64,000 nucleotides of DNA from Xylographa opegraphella. Its lineage: Eukaryota. The position numbers and the translations under genes are program-made. This document shows, one piece after another, positions 12,695 through 26,261 of this stretch (its first letter is position 1; every line of letters begins with the position of its first letter). The stretch covers positions 186,001 through 250,000 of the forward strand of contig JALDZX010000017.1 of the NCBI GenBank assembly GCA_022813865.1, in the 5' to 3' direction. The notes beneath the pieces were generated by a model. That model saw only the letters and a list, made by a program, of their open reading frames with translations. It had not been told where the DNA came from and did no database searches.

Positions 12695-13499
12695 AGGAAC
12701 GTAAGGGTAGGCTGATTCCTCATCACGTAAAGTCGCCTCCCCGAACTAAGACGTTCGTTCAAATTGTTTAGGAATCTAGTTCATATACATACACTATACT
12801 CGCATCGTCATATCGGCAGACTGTGCCATACTAATGAATAAGTGAGAGCTAACAGCAAATTTTTAATTTTGAAACCTATCTGATAGTTGCTCTTTTGATG
12901 ATCTAGCACAAACGATTCTCCGCCTGTGTCCGATCCAGCTGATCGTAATGCCAATTCCTGTGACCAACCGACCGAGATCGAAGAAACATGCCAGTGATGC
13001 CTTACAGATACTCTATAGTGGTCTGAGCTCTATTGTTATACCGCCGGTGTAGCCCATCTCTTTCCAGGTTCTGAGTTGCAGCACACATTCGCCAGGATTT
13101 CGACGTAGTGTTGCACCGATGTTGATACGGTTTCTGCGCCCCATCAGATGCCAAACATGCTTGGTGAGCCGGAGATCGGAAGTGGCTCTCGATTACCGAG
13201 CGCCACCTAGTGTCTCGCTGCAGCATCATTGTTGAAGTACAGCACCGCCGACAATGTATCAGATCCTTCGCAATATTTGGGATGGTCCACCAAGTATCGC
13301 CACAGTCAACGCCACCCCGTCGTCGGAATCTCAGCTGTAGCTTAGAAGTAGCCGAGTCTGTAATGCACGGGAGAACCGGACAAGGGACTCTCTTGGCGGT
13401 GAATCTAGTGGATGTCGAGTAACTTGAGCATAGGCAGAACGAAAGCACGGACACGAGACACATGTCTTTTGCAGACCATTTCGTCCCGAGACGGCTCCA

Positions 13500-14150
13500 T
13501 CAGTGGGTGCTCTCCAGAGGCGTAGGTCCGAGTGACTGGGACGATGCGAAATGCTTCCACGTATTATGTACCGTCAATTCGTGGGTAGGCGTCTCGGTGA
13601 TAACCGCCATCAAGAAGGTAGCACCCAAGGAGATCCAGGTGAAGAAAACGCCACACAGGTACGAATAGGTAATCCATTTCACGGGATGCCGCTTTGGCGA
13701 AGAACACATCGAGCGCCGCCATTTGGTCCTGCATGTAGCATAGCAGACCAAGACAGATAAACCGTAGAGCATGCCGTAGAAAGTGGTACCGAGCGTTGTC
13801 CAGTACGCGATGAAGCCCGGGCGACCGGGTTTGTTGACGGATTTCGTTCCGAGCACGGTCCAGCACACGCTCTGGGCGCAGCTATTGAGGAAAATCACCA
13901 GGTGGAAGAAAACGTATGGCCACCAGCGTCTCCTATTTTTGGGTGTACAGTTCGGCTGGTTGCAGACTGCACAGGGCTCGCTTTCTGCGGGTATCTGTGC
14001 CAGGATGGGAGATCTGGGTAGTCGATGCTCTTCCACCACTTCCCCAGTGCTGTGCTTCCGTAGACGCACTTCACTGCTTTCGGCCGCCACAGCGCCATTG
14101 TTGTAGTATGCTGAGGATGCCGGCGGAGTCAGTATTGTAGCTGTCGACAT
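13500..14150 (-). CDS. Hypothetical membrane protein (~3 TM helices)
   Basis: ATG at 14150 opens a 216-codon ORF with three hydrophobic segments and a CxxCxxxxC motif before TM1. Confidence 0.6.
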   Translation of the reverse strand: MSTATILTPPASSAYYNNGAVAAESSEVRLRKHSTGEVVEEHRLPRSPILAQIPAESEPCAVCNQPNCTPKNRRRWWPYVFFHLVIFLNSCAQSVCWTVLGTKSVNKPGRPGFIAYWTTLGTTFYGMLYGLSVLVCYATCRTKWRRSMCSSPKRHPVKWITYSYLCGVFFTWISLGATFLMAVITETPTHELTVHNTWKHFASSQSLGPTPLESTH

Positions 14151-14586
14151 TGGAGGAATAGGTTGATTTGACAAGTTGGGAGTGTTGAAATGAATAGGTA
14201 TTCGATAGGAACTTTGGCCGTCAACCTATGATTTTTCCACAGGAAGGATAGATCCGAATGTCTCGAGTAGGAAAGTGCGATATTTAGAAGTGTGGATTCG
14301 AAATTTAGCGAAGAGTCAGTTCTCATTTGAATTTTCGTCTGAAGTTCCGATCCACGGCTGCTGGGTTGAAACTTCAACCTTGTGTTTGAAAAGTTGGGAT
14401 GCCTGAGTGAATGATGCAATTGTAGCAAAGGCTCAGTGTAGCATTCTCTAGTGACTATGCCGTAGAAATGTGTTATCTAGCGAGTTATAATATCGGTTTT
14501 ATTTTAACGTCTGTGATAATCGTTAGGAATCTCCAGTATTTTGAGCTTCTTTGTCTCCCAGTCATACCTAGAGAGACCCGTCAGAG

Positions 14587-15680
14587 ATGTCCAAGCGTTC
14601 AGACGATGGAAGCCTTGCCCAGCTTACTGACCAGTGCTTAGCAAGGTTCAAGCTTAGCTTCCCAGATGCAACGCATCAAGAGATTTCGCTATACAAACCG
14701 CGCTACATGATGTTGTTGAGAATGCAGAAGCGGCATGAAGTGTACTTCAGCGCGAGTACGCTATCTTCGAAGTCGTCCGTATCACAGATTCTGCAAAACG
14801 AGATTCTCAAGTTCTTCGCTCAAGGTACATTGCAAGCATCAGTGAAGTTTGCAGCTTTAACAAAAGCTATTGTCCATTCCAGACTCAACATATTATTGGA
14901 AGACTACCTTCTAGAGGAAGCCCACGAGCGAACTGCGCTTGACTTCGCTTCCACGCCAAGCCAGATAACCTCGAAACTCATTCGAATCTACGCCGCTCCG
15001 AGCAATGTGGAATCTGTTCGCCAAGCATTTGGTTTCGCTTCGCAAGATCCAAGGGATCCACTTTGCAACAAGAAATACTTAAAATTCATGAAGAGAACGC
15101 CAACAAGTGATCTTTCGGCTCTTGTGGAAAGCGCGAAGACAGCTGCTTTCAAAGGCGAGATTGGGGATGTCACCGTTCTAGGCGTACACTTAGAGGACAT
15201 GGAGTTGATAGAACGACGGCACAAGAAAAGTAAGGCTATGGCATTCACCTTCTTCAGTCACCACTTTGTCCTTTGTATCGCCAGAGAAGGTTTCCGCGTA
15301 TACCAATCCTGGGGAGGTCTAGGGTATGGGTTGAATGAGTATCTCACTCTGAATGGCACAAGGCTTCGAGATTGGGCAGAAGCGGTTGAGTTCTTGAAGG
15401 CTTTTAAGCTGCTCAGTAAGCCAGAGGTATAATTTCTCGTTCTGCCACAACATTGATTTATTGCAAAGTACAGGGCTGACCGAGGAGGTATTCTGCCCAG
15501 GCTCAATGGTCCCAAGCAATCAATAACGCCTATGAACACTGCTTTGAGATAAATATGCTGGAATTATGTGGAGATGGAAAGCCAGGAGATCCCATTGTCC
15601 CGGTGTACCGACCTTGGGTCCAAGTTGTCGAGTACAAAGATATCAAGAGTGCAGATGTGATGAAGCTCACATGGTCTTGA
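14587..15680 (+). CDS. Hypothetical protein with SHHFVL...RVYQSWG motif (possible papain-like/Cif-like fold)
   Basis: 281-aa ORF plus an intron at about 15427-15500 (GTATAA...GCTGAC...CAG) and a 60-codon last exon AQWSQAINNAYEHCFE...KLTWS*. Confidence 0.75.
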
Positions 15681-17053
15681 GCAGAGATATTGCGACAGCA
15701 CACTAAGCCACCACGTCAATGGTTTCAATGCCGTACTTGTGAACTCATAAAACACCACAGGATACACATTGTACTTCGTCTAACTCGCAAGAAACAGGCT
15801 TGGGTTCCGGTGACATGTCCAAGCGAACACTGCATAAAGCCTTCGTTGAATCCACTGTAGCCTATGTCCATACATTTGAAAGTTTTCATCAAATCACGTG
15901 CAACAACTCCTGTCTTGGATACGAATATTTCAGGCAAGAACCAAAGTATCCAATCTCGGATCAGAAACACAATGAGGAGCAGGAGTAAAATTTGCTCTGT
16001 TCTCTGTGTACATGGGAGGTGTTGCAGAAGTGGCAGATGAATAATGTGCGAATCCTTCCCATCGGTAGGATATGGGATGGTAGATTTCGACTATTTATCG
16101 TGTCCATACCGACTTACTTCGGCAGGCACTCCATGTACTCCGTAACTTTTTAAAAATAATTGTCTCGTACATACAATAGAACATGCATTGCTGCGAGCGA
16201 CTATTTGTGATTGATAAAATACAATATCAATGTTGAAGATAATGTGAAACGAGTGACTAAAAATATGCTGGTCGACGAATGACTTGGCTCTGCCTGTCCC
16301 TGCAACCCCTCGTGCCCCTTGTAGTTTGCGGTGTTTGGGGGCAGCTTGTAAGCCGTTTATCCTCCCCCTTCGAAGCCGAAACGGTCGGGCACTACTCAAC
16401 CTCAAATCAACCCTCGTGGATCTCGTATCTTTTGCCTCCTTCAGCAAACACGCTCTGCAGCTGCACATTATTAAGTGCGGGTTTGGCATCGATCTCTCCC
16501 TTCGTCCAAGCTTTCCCGGATCATCTCTCCTTAATCTCCCGCCAATCAGTTTTTAGCTTTACGCCGTCGCTACAACTGAAAATCCACGAAAAACATTGTC
16601 ACTGGTTCTCGGGGCAGCCAGAGCCAAAGGTTCTGACCGACAGGAGGTCGCATCCAATCTGTGTGGAAAATTGGAGTACGGCAAGCTTTGGAGAATAGAT
16701 CTGGCCCAGCTCCAGTGGAACGATTTGCACGGGCGGTCTCGGTGCTGAAAGGAGCTTGGCTGCTGGGTAAACCTTCGTGAGTCGAAACTCTTGCCTACTT
16801 CACCAACCTCAAAGTCACCACTGGCTGCACAATCGTGAAACATCGCGAACGCTTCGTGAATTGACGAGCGCGATATATTTGCTCAGCATCTGCATGTCAG
16901 AACTAATGCGTCTACCAGCCTTGTGGCCACTGTAGCTGCTACCCGACCTCGTATCCGAAACACCAACTGACACGGGATCGTGACTTCTGTACATTCAGCT
17001 CTCGAGGTTCCCCACGCTACCTTGGATTTCATCGCTGTTCTTCGGCTCTTGCG

Positions 17054-18637
17054 ATGGCGTCCTCGTCGTCGAATGTCGTCGGTGTCCATTATAGGGTGGG
17101 AAAGAAAATCGGCGAGGGTTCGTTTGGTGTAATATTTGAAGGAACAAATCTGCTCAACAACCAGCAAGTGGCTATAAAGTTTGTATGATTTACCAATGTC
17201 TAGCAGCTGACGGTTTCGTATAAGTGCTGATTGCAATGCAGGAACCAAGAAAAAGCGATGCCCCACAGTTACGAGATGAGTATCGGACCTACAAAATCCT
17301 TGTCGGATGCCGTCAGTTCACTTGCCAATCAGGAAAACTACATTCACTGATGGTTTGCAGCTGGTATACCTAATGTCTATTATTTCGGCCAGGAAGGTCT
17401 CCATAACATTCTTGTCATTGACCTCCTTGGTCCCTCCCTTGAAGACCTTTTCGACCACTGCAATCGAAAGTTCTCCACGAAAACAGTCGTAATGGTTGCG
17501 AAGCAGATGGTATGCATCTGTTGGTTTTCAGAAACTTCCATGAACTAATATTGCTATAGCTTTCAAGAGTTCGAACAATACATGAAAAGAATCTTATCTA
17601 CCGCGACATTAAGCCAGACAATTTCCTGATCGGACGACCAAGCTCGAAATCAGCCAACGTCATACACGTGGTAGACTTCGGTATGGCCAAGCAATACAGA
17701 GATCCAAAGACGAAGCAACATATTCCGTATAGAGAAAGGAAATCTTTATCAGGTACTGCTCGATACATGAGTATCAATACACATCTGGGAAGAGAACAAT
17801 CAAGAAGGGACGATCTAGAGGCTCTTGGACATGTCTTTATGTACTTCCTCCGAGGTGGCTTACCCTGGCAAGGACTCAAAGCTGCAACGAACAAGCAAAA
17901 ATATGAGAAGATTGGCGAGAAGAAGCAGACGACCGCTATCAAAGACCTCTGTGACGGATTCCCAGGTATGCATTTGCTAACTCAAACACATACGGTAGCA
18001 TAACTAAATCGTATCGATAGAAGAGTTCAATAAATACTTGAGCTATGTACGGAATCTAGGGTTTGAGGACACACCCGACTATGATTATCTTCGGGATCTT
18101 TTCACTCAAGCTCTTAAGAATACTGGCGAAGTGGAGGATGGAGAGTATGACTGGATGAAGCTCAACAATGGAAAGGGTTGGGAAGCGATGAAGCAACATC
18201 CTTCACAGCATCATCTACACGCTGCCAACGCAGTACCCAATGCTTCAGCACGTGCTCTCGGCGGAGGTGCTGATACGGCTCGAGGACCACAAACACCAGG
18301 AGTCACCGCCGCCCGTTTAAACGCCGCGCAGCCCCCGCCTCCATCCCCGGCGAAACCGGGAGTGGGCAAGACGCGCGAAAGGCTAGGCGCCTCCGGCGCA
18401 GCACCACTAAAGCGTCAAAGCGGAGCGGCGGGGGGCCTCACAGATGTAGTGACGCCGACGGCGTCGACTCAAGCGCAATTCCAAAACAGCACAGCGAATC
18501 TAGGGCACCGGATGAGCACGGCAAATCCAGGCTTGAGCCCGCAGGTAGCAGCGCCGCAGAACTCACGACAGGGAAACACGGAGCCCAAACCTACAGTAAT
18601 GCAGAAGATAATGAAGGCTCTGTGCTGCGGTAGGTGA
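17054..18637 (+). CDS. CK1: Casein kinase I (Yck/Cki membrane-anchored type)
   Basis: [55 protein letters not shown] and SRRDDLE; four introns. The C-terminal ALCCGR* carries a di-cysteine palmitoylation motif. Confidence 0.96.
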
Positions 18638-19701
18638 CGCTTACATTCCGGGTTTTCTCGGCATGGTTTTCCGTTCTCAGAACACTTACCGGACCTGGCG
18701 CAGCTTGACAAAATTTTCCTTGGACATCAAAACAGTCCTAAAAAGCATGTCGGACTCAACTTTCCCTGTCCCATCTTCAACGCCTATCAAACAGGGATAT
18801 TCTATTTTCAGTACCACTTTTTACACCGAGTGGCCATTATATAGATGCACGCTCGCTAAGCATACCCTTCTTGGTTACCTACTAGACGACTCGGGTTGGC
18901 TCACACACTAGCTACTTCCGTTTGCTCTAGATAGCAGTATCTACATCGGCCTTCATGCTACAACCAGTACAACAAACATTTGGACCTCACGATACGGATG
19001 ACTGGACATAACAGCCTGCGAACCAATCACACGGCCAAGTGCTCATAGGAGACTGCTGTCCTCTTGGTAAAATGTCCTCAGGCATAGTACTTTCTCTGTC
19101 GACCAACTGAAACGAGTGATGAGTACGTTTCCTTTTCATTTGTTCCGGGGATAGTGTCTAGCGAAGGAGCATCAGGAATGTGCGGCAGCATTGACATATT
19201 GGAAGAGGAAAAGGGGGTTGTAGTAATATAATACAGGAAAGGACTGACGAATTGCGTCGACTCAAGTTCCTCCCGTTGCTGGTCTTCGATGGCGTGCCAA
19301 GATGTTTTCAAAGGTCGGCGCAAATCTTTACATGCCATAGTAGAGATAAAACCCCAAGCTCTTCATCCCTGTCTGCCACGTTCGAACTACACGCGAGGAT
19401 GAATCGGATCTTTGAACAGATCTATCTATGTACAGTCTGAACGCCCATCGTAGTACAGCCGGCCGACGAACGAAACGAATGCTATGCTGCCGATTGCCGC
19501 ACACGCCCACCAAATGCTTCTCATGAGTGATCTTAATGCCTTTCAATGCGTCTCGTATCACATCTATGATCGCGCTAACGACCCCATATCCATCCGGATC
19601 TGCTCCTCCAGCTCACACTCGCGGGCCTGCTTGCTGTCCACCTCCCACCTCCCACCTCCCAACCTCAATCTATCTGGTTATATGCTTCCTCATGCCCTGT
19701 C

Positions 19702-20849
19702 CTAAACCGTTCCTTCGTCTCCCACTGCCAGTCTCACCTCCTCGCCCGGCTTGAACGCCGGCAGTCCCACGTACGGGCACCCGTCACACCTGAAGGCGTC
19801 GCCGAGCGCGCAATTACCGCAACTGCCCACCTTGCCTTGTACGGTGAAGTCTATCTCGGCCAGGTCTGAAGCCTTCAGTTTCGCGAGGCTCTGGTCGGCT
19901 TTCGATCGCTTCGACGCGTCCTCGGCTGCGATCTTCTGGGCGAGGCCGCATGTGCAGTCTTTACAAGCGCGGCGGCGCTTGCCGGCCGTGGGACGGCATT
20001 CGGGTGCTATGGATGAAAGGGGAGTTTAGTGGAATGTGGGTGGGGATTGTGTAGGTGAGGATGGGATGGGAGATGGGAATGGGGGGGGATCATACGCTGG
20101 ACCACGGGTTTTATGAAGTCTGATGCTTCGAGGAGGGTGTCTTCGTCGATCAGCTCGTCGTCCGAATCTTCTCCTTCTTCCACAGGGGCGTCGAAGTCGT
20201 CGCTGAAGTCTACGAAGCCAACGCCGCTGGGGCCATTGGTACGCTTGCCGTTGAGATTGAGCGACACGACGCCTGTGCCTGTTGCGGAAGTGCTGCATGC
20301 GAGGCCGTTGGTGGGGACGCTGTCGGAAGGAATGCTGGAGCCGTTGGTCGTGGCGGCGGTGCCGTTGGAGGATTTGTTCTTTCCAAAGCGCAGGGGAACA
20401 GAGGCTGTCGTGTCGTAGTCTGGCTTTGTAACGCCGTCGCTGGACACGATCAGCCCCGCGAGAATGGCTTCTTGCCTCTCTGCTGCCTCTGCTTCGCTGG
20501 CGAATGTGCCGTCTTGGCTGCGTAGTGCGCCACCAGGTCTCAGAGCAGCGATAAGGCGGGCCAGTACTTCGCTACTGAGGAGGGACCGGGATTCTGAGCG
20601 TGTGTTGTCGGCGTCTGTGAGGAGGATGATCGTGGTGTATGTGGATGGCGGGAGCTGTACCAGGGACAGGGAGAGGCGATCCAGCATCTGGATGTCTGTC
20701 GTCTGGCGGTTGTGTGCTTCGAGGACAAGATCGAGCTTCTCCGGATGCGAGGAAATGGAAGGCGGAGCCAGAAGGAGGGTGCGAGGGAGCGTTGCGCTTT
20801 TGGGCGTGGGGAGTGTCTCGAAGTGGTCCATGGTGGAGGTGGGTGCCAT
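19702..20849 (-). CDS. DRE2: Fe-S cluster assembly protein Dre2 (anamorsin)
   Basis: [13 protein letters not shown] and IQMLDRL; after one intron, PECRP...[11 protein letters not shown] and [28 protein letters not shown]. Confidence 0.95.
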
Positions 20850-22395
20850 GGCAGCAGAAGGAGGCAGAGAATGAAGGTCCAAAATGTGCTATACACGACT
20901 GAAGTATTAATTCTTATGATGGGTTTTGAGCGACGGGTTTTGCTGCCACTGTTGTGTAGTAATGGCTAAATACGACACGGCGAATATACGAAGTAGTATT
21001 CCGATGATGCGATTTTTAATGTACGGCAATAATTTCTCCCCTCCATCCCCATCGGCCCGTCGTAAACGTTTGGCCGATCCGAACGTAGCTAGCTCAGGCC
21101 AGTATCGGCCTGTTGATCATGCAAAAGCCCTGACTGGAATATCGAGCAGCACCACTTGAAGCATTATGACACGTTGATATGACACCACTGGCTGATTTCG
21201 GGGACAAACATATCAAGTGTCCCCCTTATTGTGTGGTGCAAACGTATGCTTCCATCTTTTTTTTGCTACTCAGCTGAGTAGGGTCTTCGTCTACCATCCA
21301 CCGTTGCATCATACAAATCACATGTCTCTTGCCATTACCTCCACAAAGCATGACTCAGGTCTTTTGACCTCCCAGAGTGGTGTTACTGGCCGTATCGGCA
21401 TCGAGTCAATGCAACAATATGGTCGCTTCCATTTTGTGTATCAAATATGGAGTAACCATTGTTATTATACGGAGTAGCTACAAATGCCGTCCGCGGCCGC
21501 TTAGCCGGCCTGCCAAGACCTGGTGTGAGAAGAAGCTTTGCGCTCAAACTTGAGAGCTTGACTAAAAGTGCGAGTTAGCACTATTGCGGAACTCACTTCA
21601 ATGCTTGTGTCAACAACTGACGTCTCAAGGAGCAAGTTCGTTCTGTTGTGTGATTAGCGGTGTGTAGCATTGAGATATTCTGTTGCCGCAGACCAGCAGA
21701 TGTGGTACAGAGTAAACTCCTCGGCGGTACCTGTTGTGTTTTGCCTGTATTCCCTATGCAAGACTGAAGAACGAAGGTGTGCTGGATTATATGCTTGACT
21801 TCTCGGCCTTTTCCGAGGATGTCTGATGTGTACTACTAGAAGTTTGCTGTCGGTCGACCAGAATGGTCTGTTACCCCTGACTAAGCCCTTTCGGATTAGA
21901 CTAGATCCCTCTTTTAGGGCTACACCCCCTGGTCACAGATCTGTTCTAGATCTCCTCCGCGGCCATTCGAAATGCAAAAAGGTGTCGCTATTACCGCCCC
22001 GTCGGCCACTCCTGAGCCCACCTTGCCCCATCTGGCGCTCCAGGAACCATTCCGACGGGTCCTGCATCTCACTAACGAGTTTCGGATCCTGGAAGTTGAC
22101 TCAACATGGAATTTAGCACTTCCCCGATGCTCTTTTCATCATTTCCACCAAACTGCATGACTGAGTTGATACCAGCTGAGCGTCTTTTTGCAGAGATGCA
22201 CAATTTTACCATCGGCTTCGGGAGATGTTTCTGCGCCACGAAAGCTTACCTGATGTTGTTACACATTCCTGACCCCACACATCCGATGGGGCCTGCGTGT
22301 ATATATGTGAAGACTTTCTCCATGTCGTGATCTTCACAAGCGTCGTTCTTTACGTGCACAGCGAAGTCCCCGCCCTGGGATACTTGATATTTGTT

Positions 22396-22916
22396 ATGAT
22401 GATCACACTCTTTTATGTCCAACTGTTCATCAGTCTGCTCTTCAGCATTAATGGCGTGAATGCCGCTCCAGCAATCGCTCGTCGTTCCTATCCTTCTGGC
22501 TCCATAGAACGATACTCAAATGGAACGAGTACTTACCACAACTCACTTTCTTCTCCTACTTCAACCTCGGTGATCCCACCGCTGCAAACACCCAACAACA
22601 ACAACATCGCGGCCCCAGCCTCAAATTCCCAAGGTCCTCAACAGCATGCCGCGCCCGTCGAAGCTCCTTCCCAGTCAGGCACAAGCCCAGGAGTATCCAA
22701 CATATCCCCAATATCTCCTCAAAGCGCCTCTGTCTCCGCAGGTAAGCCCGATCGGCCGTCCTCGTGGAGTAGAATGAGTAGAATGTACTAATCTGTGGAT
22801 CGTCTCAGTACCTTTCGCTACCGAGTGCGGGGCCAACTTACCGGTCACGGTTATCCAGCCGACAACTTTGTTTGTGACTGTTGGCGGATCAGCTCAGTCT
22901 ACGGGCGCCCCTGATT

Positions 22917-22971
<55 letters not shown>

Positions 22972-25900
22972 TGGCTTGGGCTCTGGCTCTGGCTTGTCGG
23001 GTTCGGGCCTATCGGGAAGCCAATCGTCAGGGAGTCAATCATCAGGAAATGGTGGTTCTGGCAGCGGGTCCGGTAGCGGGTCATACAGCAGTGGATCCCC
23101 AAGTACTGGATTATCTGCTCCATCTTCTCAGCCCACTTCACCCATAACTCCGCTCCAGCCGTCCGTCCATTGGGACACTGACACATCCGACATTACCACT
23201 CTCGTGCCGGGGAATAATACATCACTTTACTACTCCTCGGACGGAGTTTCTGGTATGTTCTGCCAACTACTTCTACTCTACATCACTAACTCCATATAGA
23301 TCCTGCCGTTCAACATTTGTTTGCGCAGCTAGCAACAAACTTCAGCTATCCTTCGGTCGTCCTCGAGCACTCCGACTATGTACAGTCGATCACTGTCGAA
23401 GGCAATGCACTTCTGATCACATTTGTTAACGCCGGTGTGTATGACTATGCCGAACAAGCATGGTCTACGGTGTCGCGCTTCGTACTTGTTACGTACACGG
23501 ATGGGGTCGGTAGCTTGACTGAACAACGCACTTTCTGGCTGGTCCAAGGTATTTCAGCAGGAAGTGCCCCAAATTCAATACTTGTCCAAGTAGAGGAACT
23601 GGCAATTGAGGATGCAGTTGGTGGAATTGACATGGTATGGGGTACTTATACTCCAGCGAATGGAACTTCAAGCGATGTTGGCACAAGCGGTATGGGCTCC
23701 AGCGGTTATACCGGAACCCCAGCTGGTGGTTACAACAGTACCAATCCAGGAAACAGCACATCAAGTGGCAACGGCACTTCGATAGGTACGGATGGAACTT
23801 GCGGCGCCCCTCCAAGTGCCACAATCGACGGTTTCCCAGCAGCTGCATGTGGTGCTGCGAACTTTGATGAATTACTCGACAATGCTATTGGCTACTTGGA
23901 CTTCAGTGATGCCGATTTCAGCGCAACCCTTAAGAATTTTGCACCCGGCCTTACTGATGATGACCCATCGGACTACGAGGACGAGCCCTCCAGCAAGATC
24001 CGTCGACGGATGCTAGTACAAAGTAGCCGCTTGTACCGTCGAGGCTGGTTTTCGAGTATTATGAAGAAGGTTGCCAGCACTGTAACCAGCGCTGCCAAGA
24101 ACATCTTACACAATGTTGTTCAGGTGGCTACCACGGTTGCAAACGTTGTGGTGAATGTTGTCAAGACCCCTTTCACGCCCTCGGTTTCGACTGACCTAGC
24201 GATCAACTTGACGCCCAAGAACCTTGTTCCTTCACCATGGGGCGATGCATATCAACTCTTCCACAAAGCCGGAGCCTCAAGCTCTGGAGCCGCATCAGGA
24301 GATGTCAGCTTATATTGCGTCAATTGTGGAGTTACTGGAACAGTACATCTGGGTGGTTCTGCCAGCATAAACATTGTGGACGGACTCACGGCGGCCCAGA
24401 TCGGAATGAAAGGAAACATCGCTGCCGGACTTGAGTTGGGTCTGGACGCGAATGCGCAATATACAAACAAGCTTACCTCGACGATTGCATCCGCTGGCTT
24501 ACCAGGTTTCTCGGTTCCAAACATCATCACCATCGGTCCCGTGGTCGATCTGTCTGCGGAATTGGACCTCAATATCGCAGCGCAGGGACAACTGCTCGTT
24601 GGTGTCACCATGAGTATTCCTGACTTCGCCGCAAACCTGGATCTTGTCGGGTCAAACTCCTATTCCCGGGGCTTCACCCCACAATTCACAAAGGTCTTTA
24701 ATGCATCTGGCGAGATCTCCGCTACCGCCTCTCTTGGTCTTCCTTTGTCTATCGGAGTTGGTGTTGAAGCACCGATCATCAAATACAAGAAAGTGGTAGC
24801 ACTGATTGATACACCAAGTATTGGCGCTTCAGCAAAGTTTACCGGAGGCACAGGACCAGCTCCCGACGGGGCAACCTGTTACAATGGCCTTGATTATTCC
24901 GTGACTGGTGAGTTATAGTTCCGCTTCTCTATGGGATACCGCAATACTAACGACGTTGAAAGCTGGAAATGATATTGCGCTTGACCTGTTTGGCATCAAG
25001 AAGCTAGATTTATTCCAATACACGGCACCACCGTTGGCTCAAGGTTGCTACACGTATGTCGTCTTGATCTCTTCTCTGGTGGTCGCTTGGCTGACACTGT
25101 GGTTTCAGTTTACCCATCTCATCCAGTTCATCGTCGGGCTCTGATACAACTGGTAGCGGAGGTGGGTCCAGCTCGTCGTCCGGATCCGGCACCAGTGGTA
25201 CTACCGATGGTTCTTCTACTTCAAGTGGCTCTGGCGACACATCTACGAGCAGTTCGGGGGATACAAGTTCAAGCGGCTCTGGTGGGGATACCTCTTCAAG
25301 CAGTTCCGGCGGTTCTAGTTCAAGCAGCCCTGGCGGTGATACTTCATCAACCAGCTCTGGTAGCGATACGTCTTCGGGCAGCTCTGGTGGTGATACGTCT
25401 TCAAGCAGCTCTGGCGGTGATACATCTTCGAGTACCTCGGGCGGTTCTACCTCAGGTAGTTCGGGCAGTGATACTTCTTCCAGCAGCTCTGGTTCTTCAA
25501 GCAGCTCCGGAGGTGATACATCATCAAGCAGCCCAGGTGATACATCGTCAAGCAGCTCTACTGATGGTGCGAGCTCCAAGCGCGAAATAGCTACTCTGAT
25601 CCGACGGCAAGACAACAGCACCTCCGACGATCCTTTCCTGGACGGCGATGACAGCTCCGCCGATAACTCCAGCTTCGATGAACTTGAAAGCGAAGCTTTT
25701 ACCGATACCGACAACCAGTCCGAGTCCGATGACGACGGCTTTGACTTTGGTACTATCGTCGATACCACCAATACTTATGTACTCTCCTCGCGCGACTCGG
25801 GCAACATTTACCTGGACAGTGTTGCCGCGGGCCCTTCCGGCGATAGCACTTTCGCGCTTGACAGCGGGCTTGTAGTCGGAGACGAAAGCGACCGCTTCCT

Positions 25901-26261
25901 ACACTACTACCCGGACGTCATGGCCGCTTTCAATGTCAGCCGTATCCGACTATCCACCCAAGACGCTGTGCCGGTGACGAGCGACATCATCACCCTTGCG
26001 CCACTGGACGGAGACAGCGAGAACTCGGCTGTGAGTGTGTACATTGCCGTGGACTCGCAAGGGAACTTCTTCTATCCCGTGACGTGCAATATCGAGGACC
26101 AGCCGAGTAAGGTGTTCATCGTGGCCGATCCGGTCAAGGGCCTGGAGACACTGCTGATGGAGGAGCTGAGGTATATCGTGACGGGAGGGGTGGTGCAGGA
26201 GTGCTTCTATATTCCGTTCATGGCGGGGAGTGGGGATGGGAGTGAGGGGGAGAGTCGATGA
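22396..26261 (+). CDS. Large secreted Ser/Gly-rich protein with uncharacterised fungal beta-rich domains
   Basis: Signal peptide (MMITLFYVQLFISLLFSINGVNA|AP), four GT-AG introns joining ORFs 22297, 22868, 23317 and 25920, dibasic sites (RR, KR), the LYCVNCGVTG domain and two Ser/Gly repeat tracts. Confidence 0.8.
22916..22969 (+). repeat. (TCCGGC)9 perfect hexamer microsatellite encoding (Ser-Gly)n
   Basis: Counted directly in the sequence; lies within the coding exon of the secreted protein. Confidence 0.95.
25230..25560 (+). repeat. Degenerate 24-27 nt coding tandem repeat (GGDTSSSSS units, about 12 copies)
   Basis: Repeated GGTGATAC.TC.TC.AGCAGCTCT units. Confidence 0.85.
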
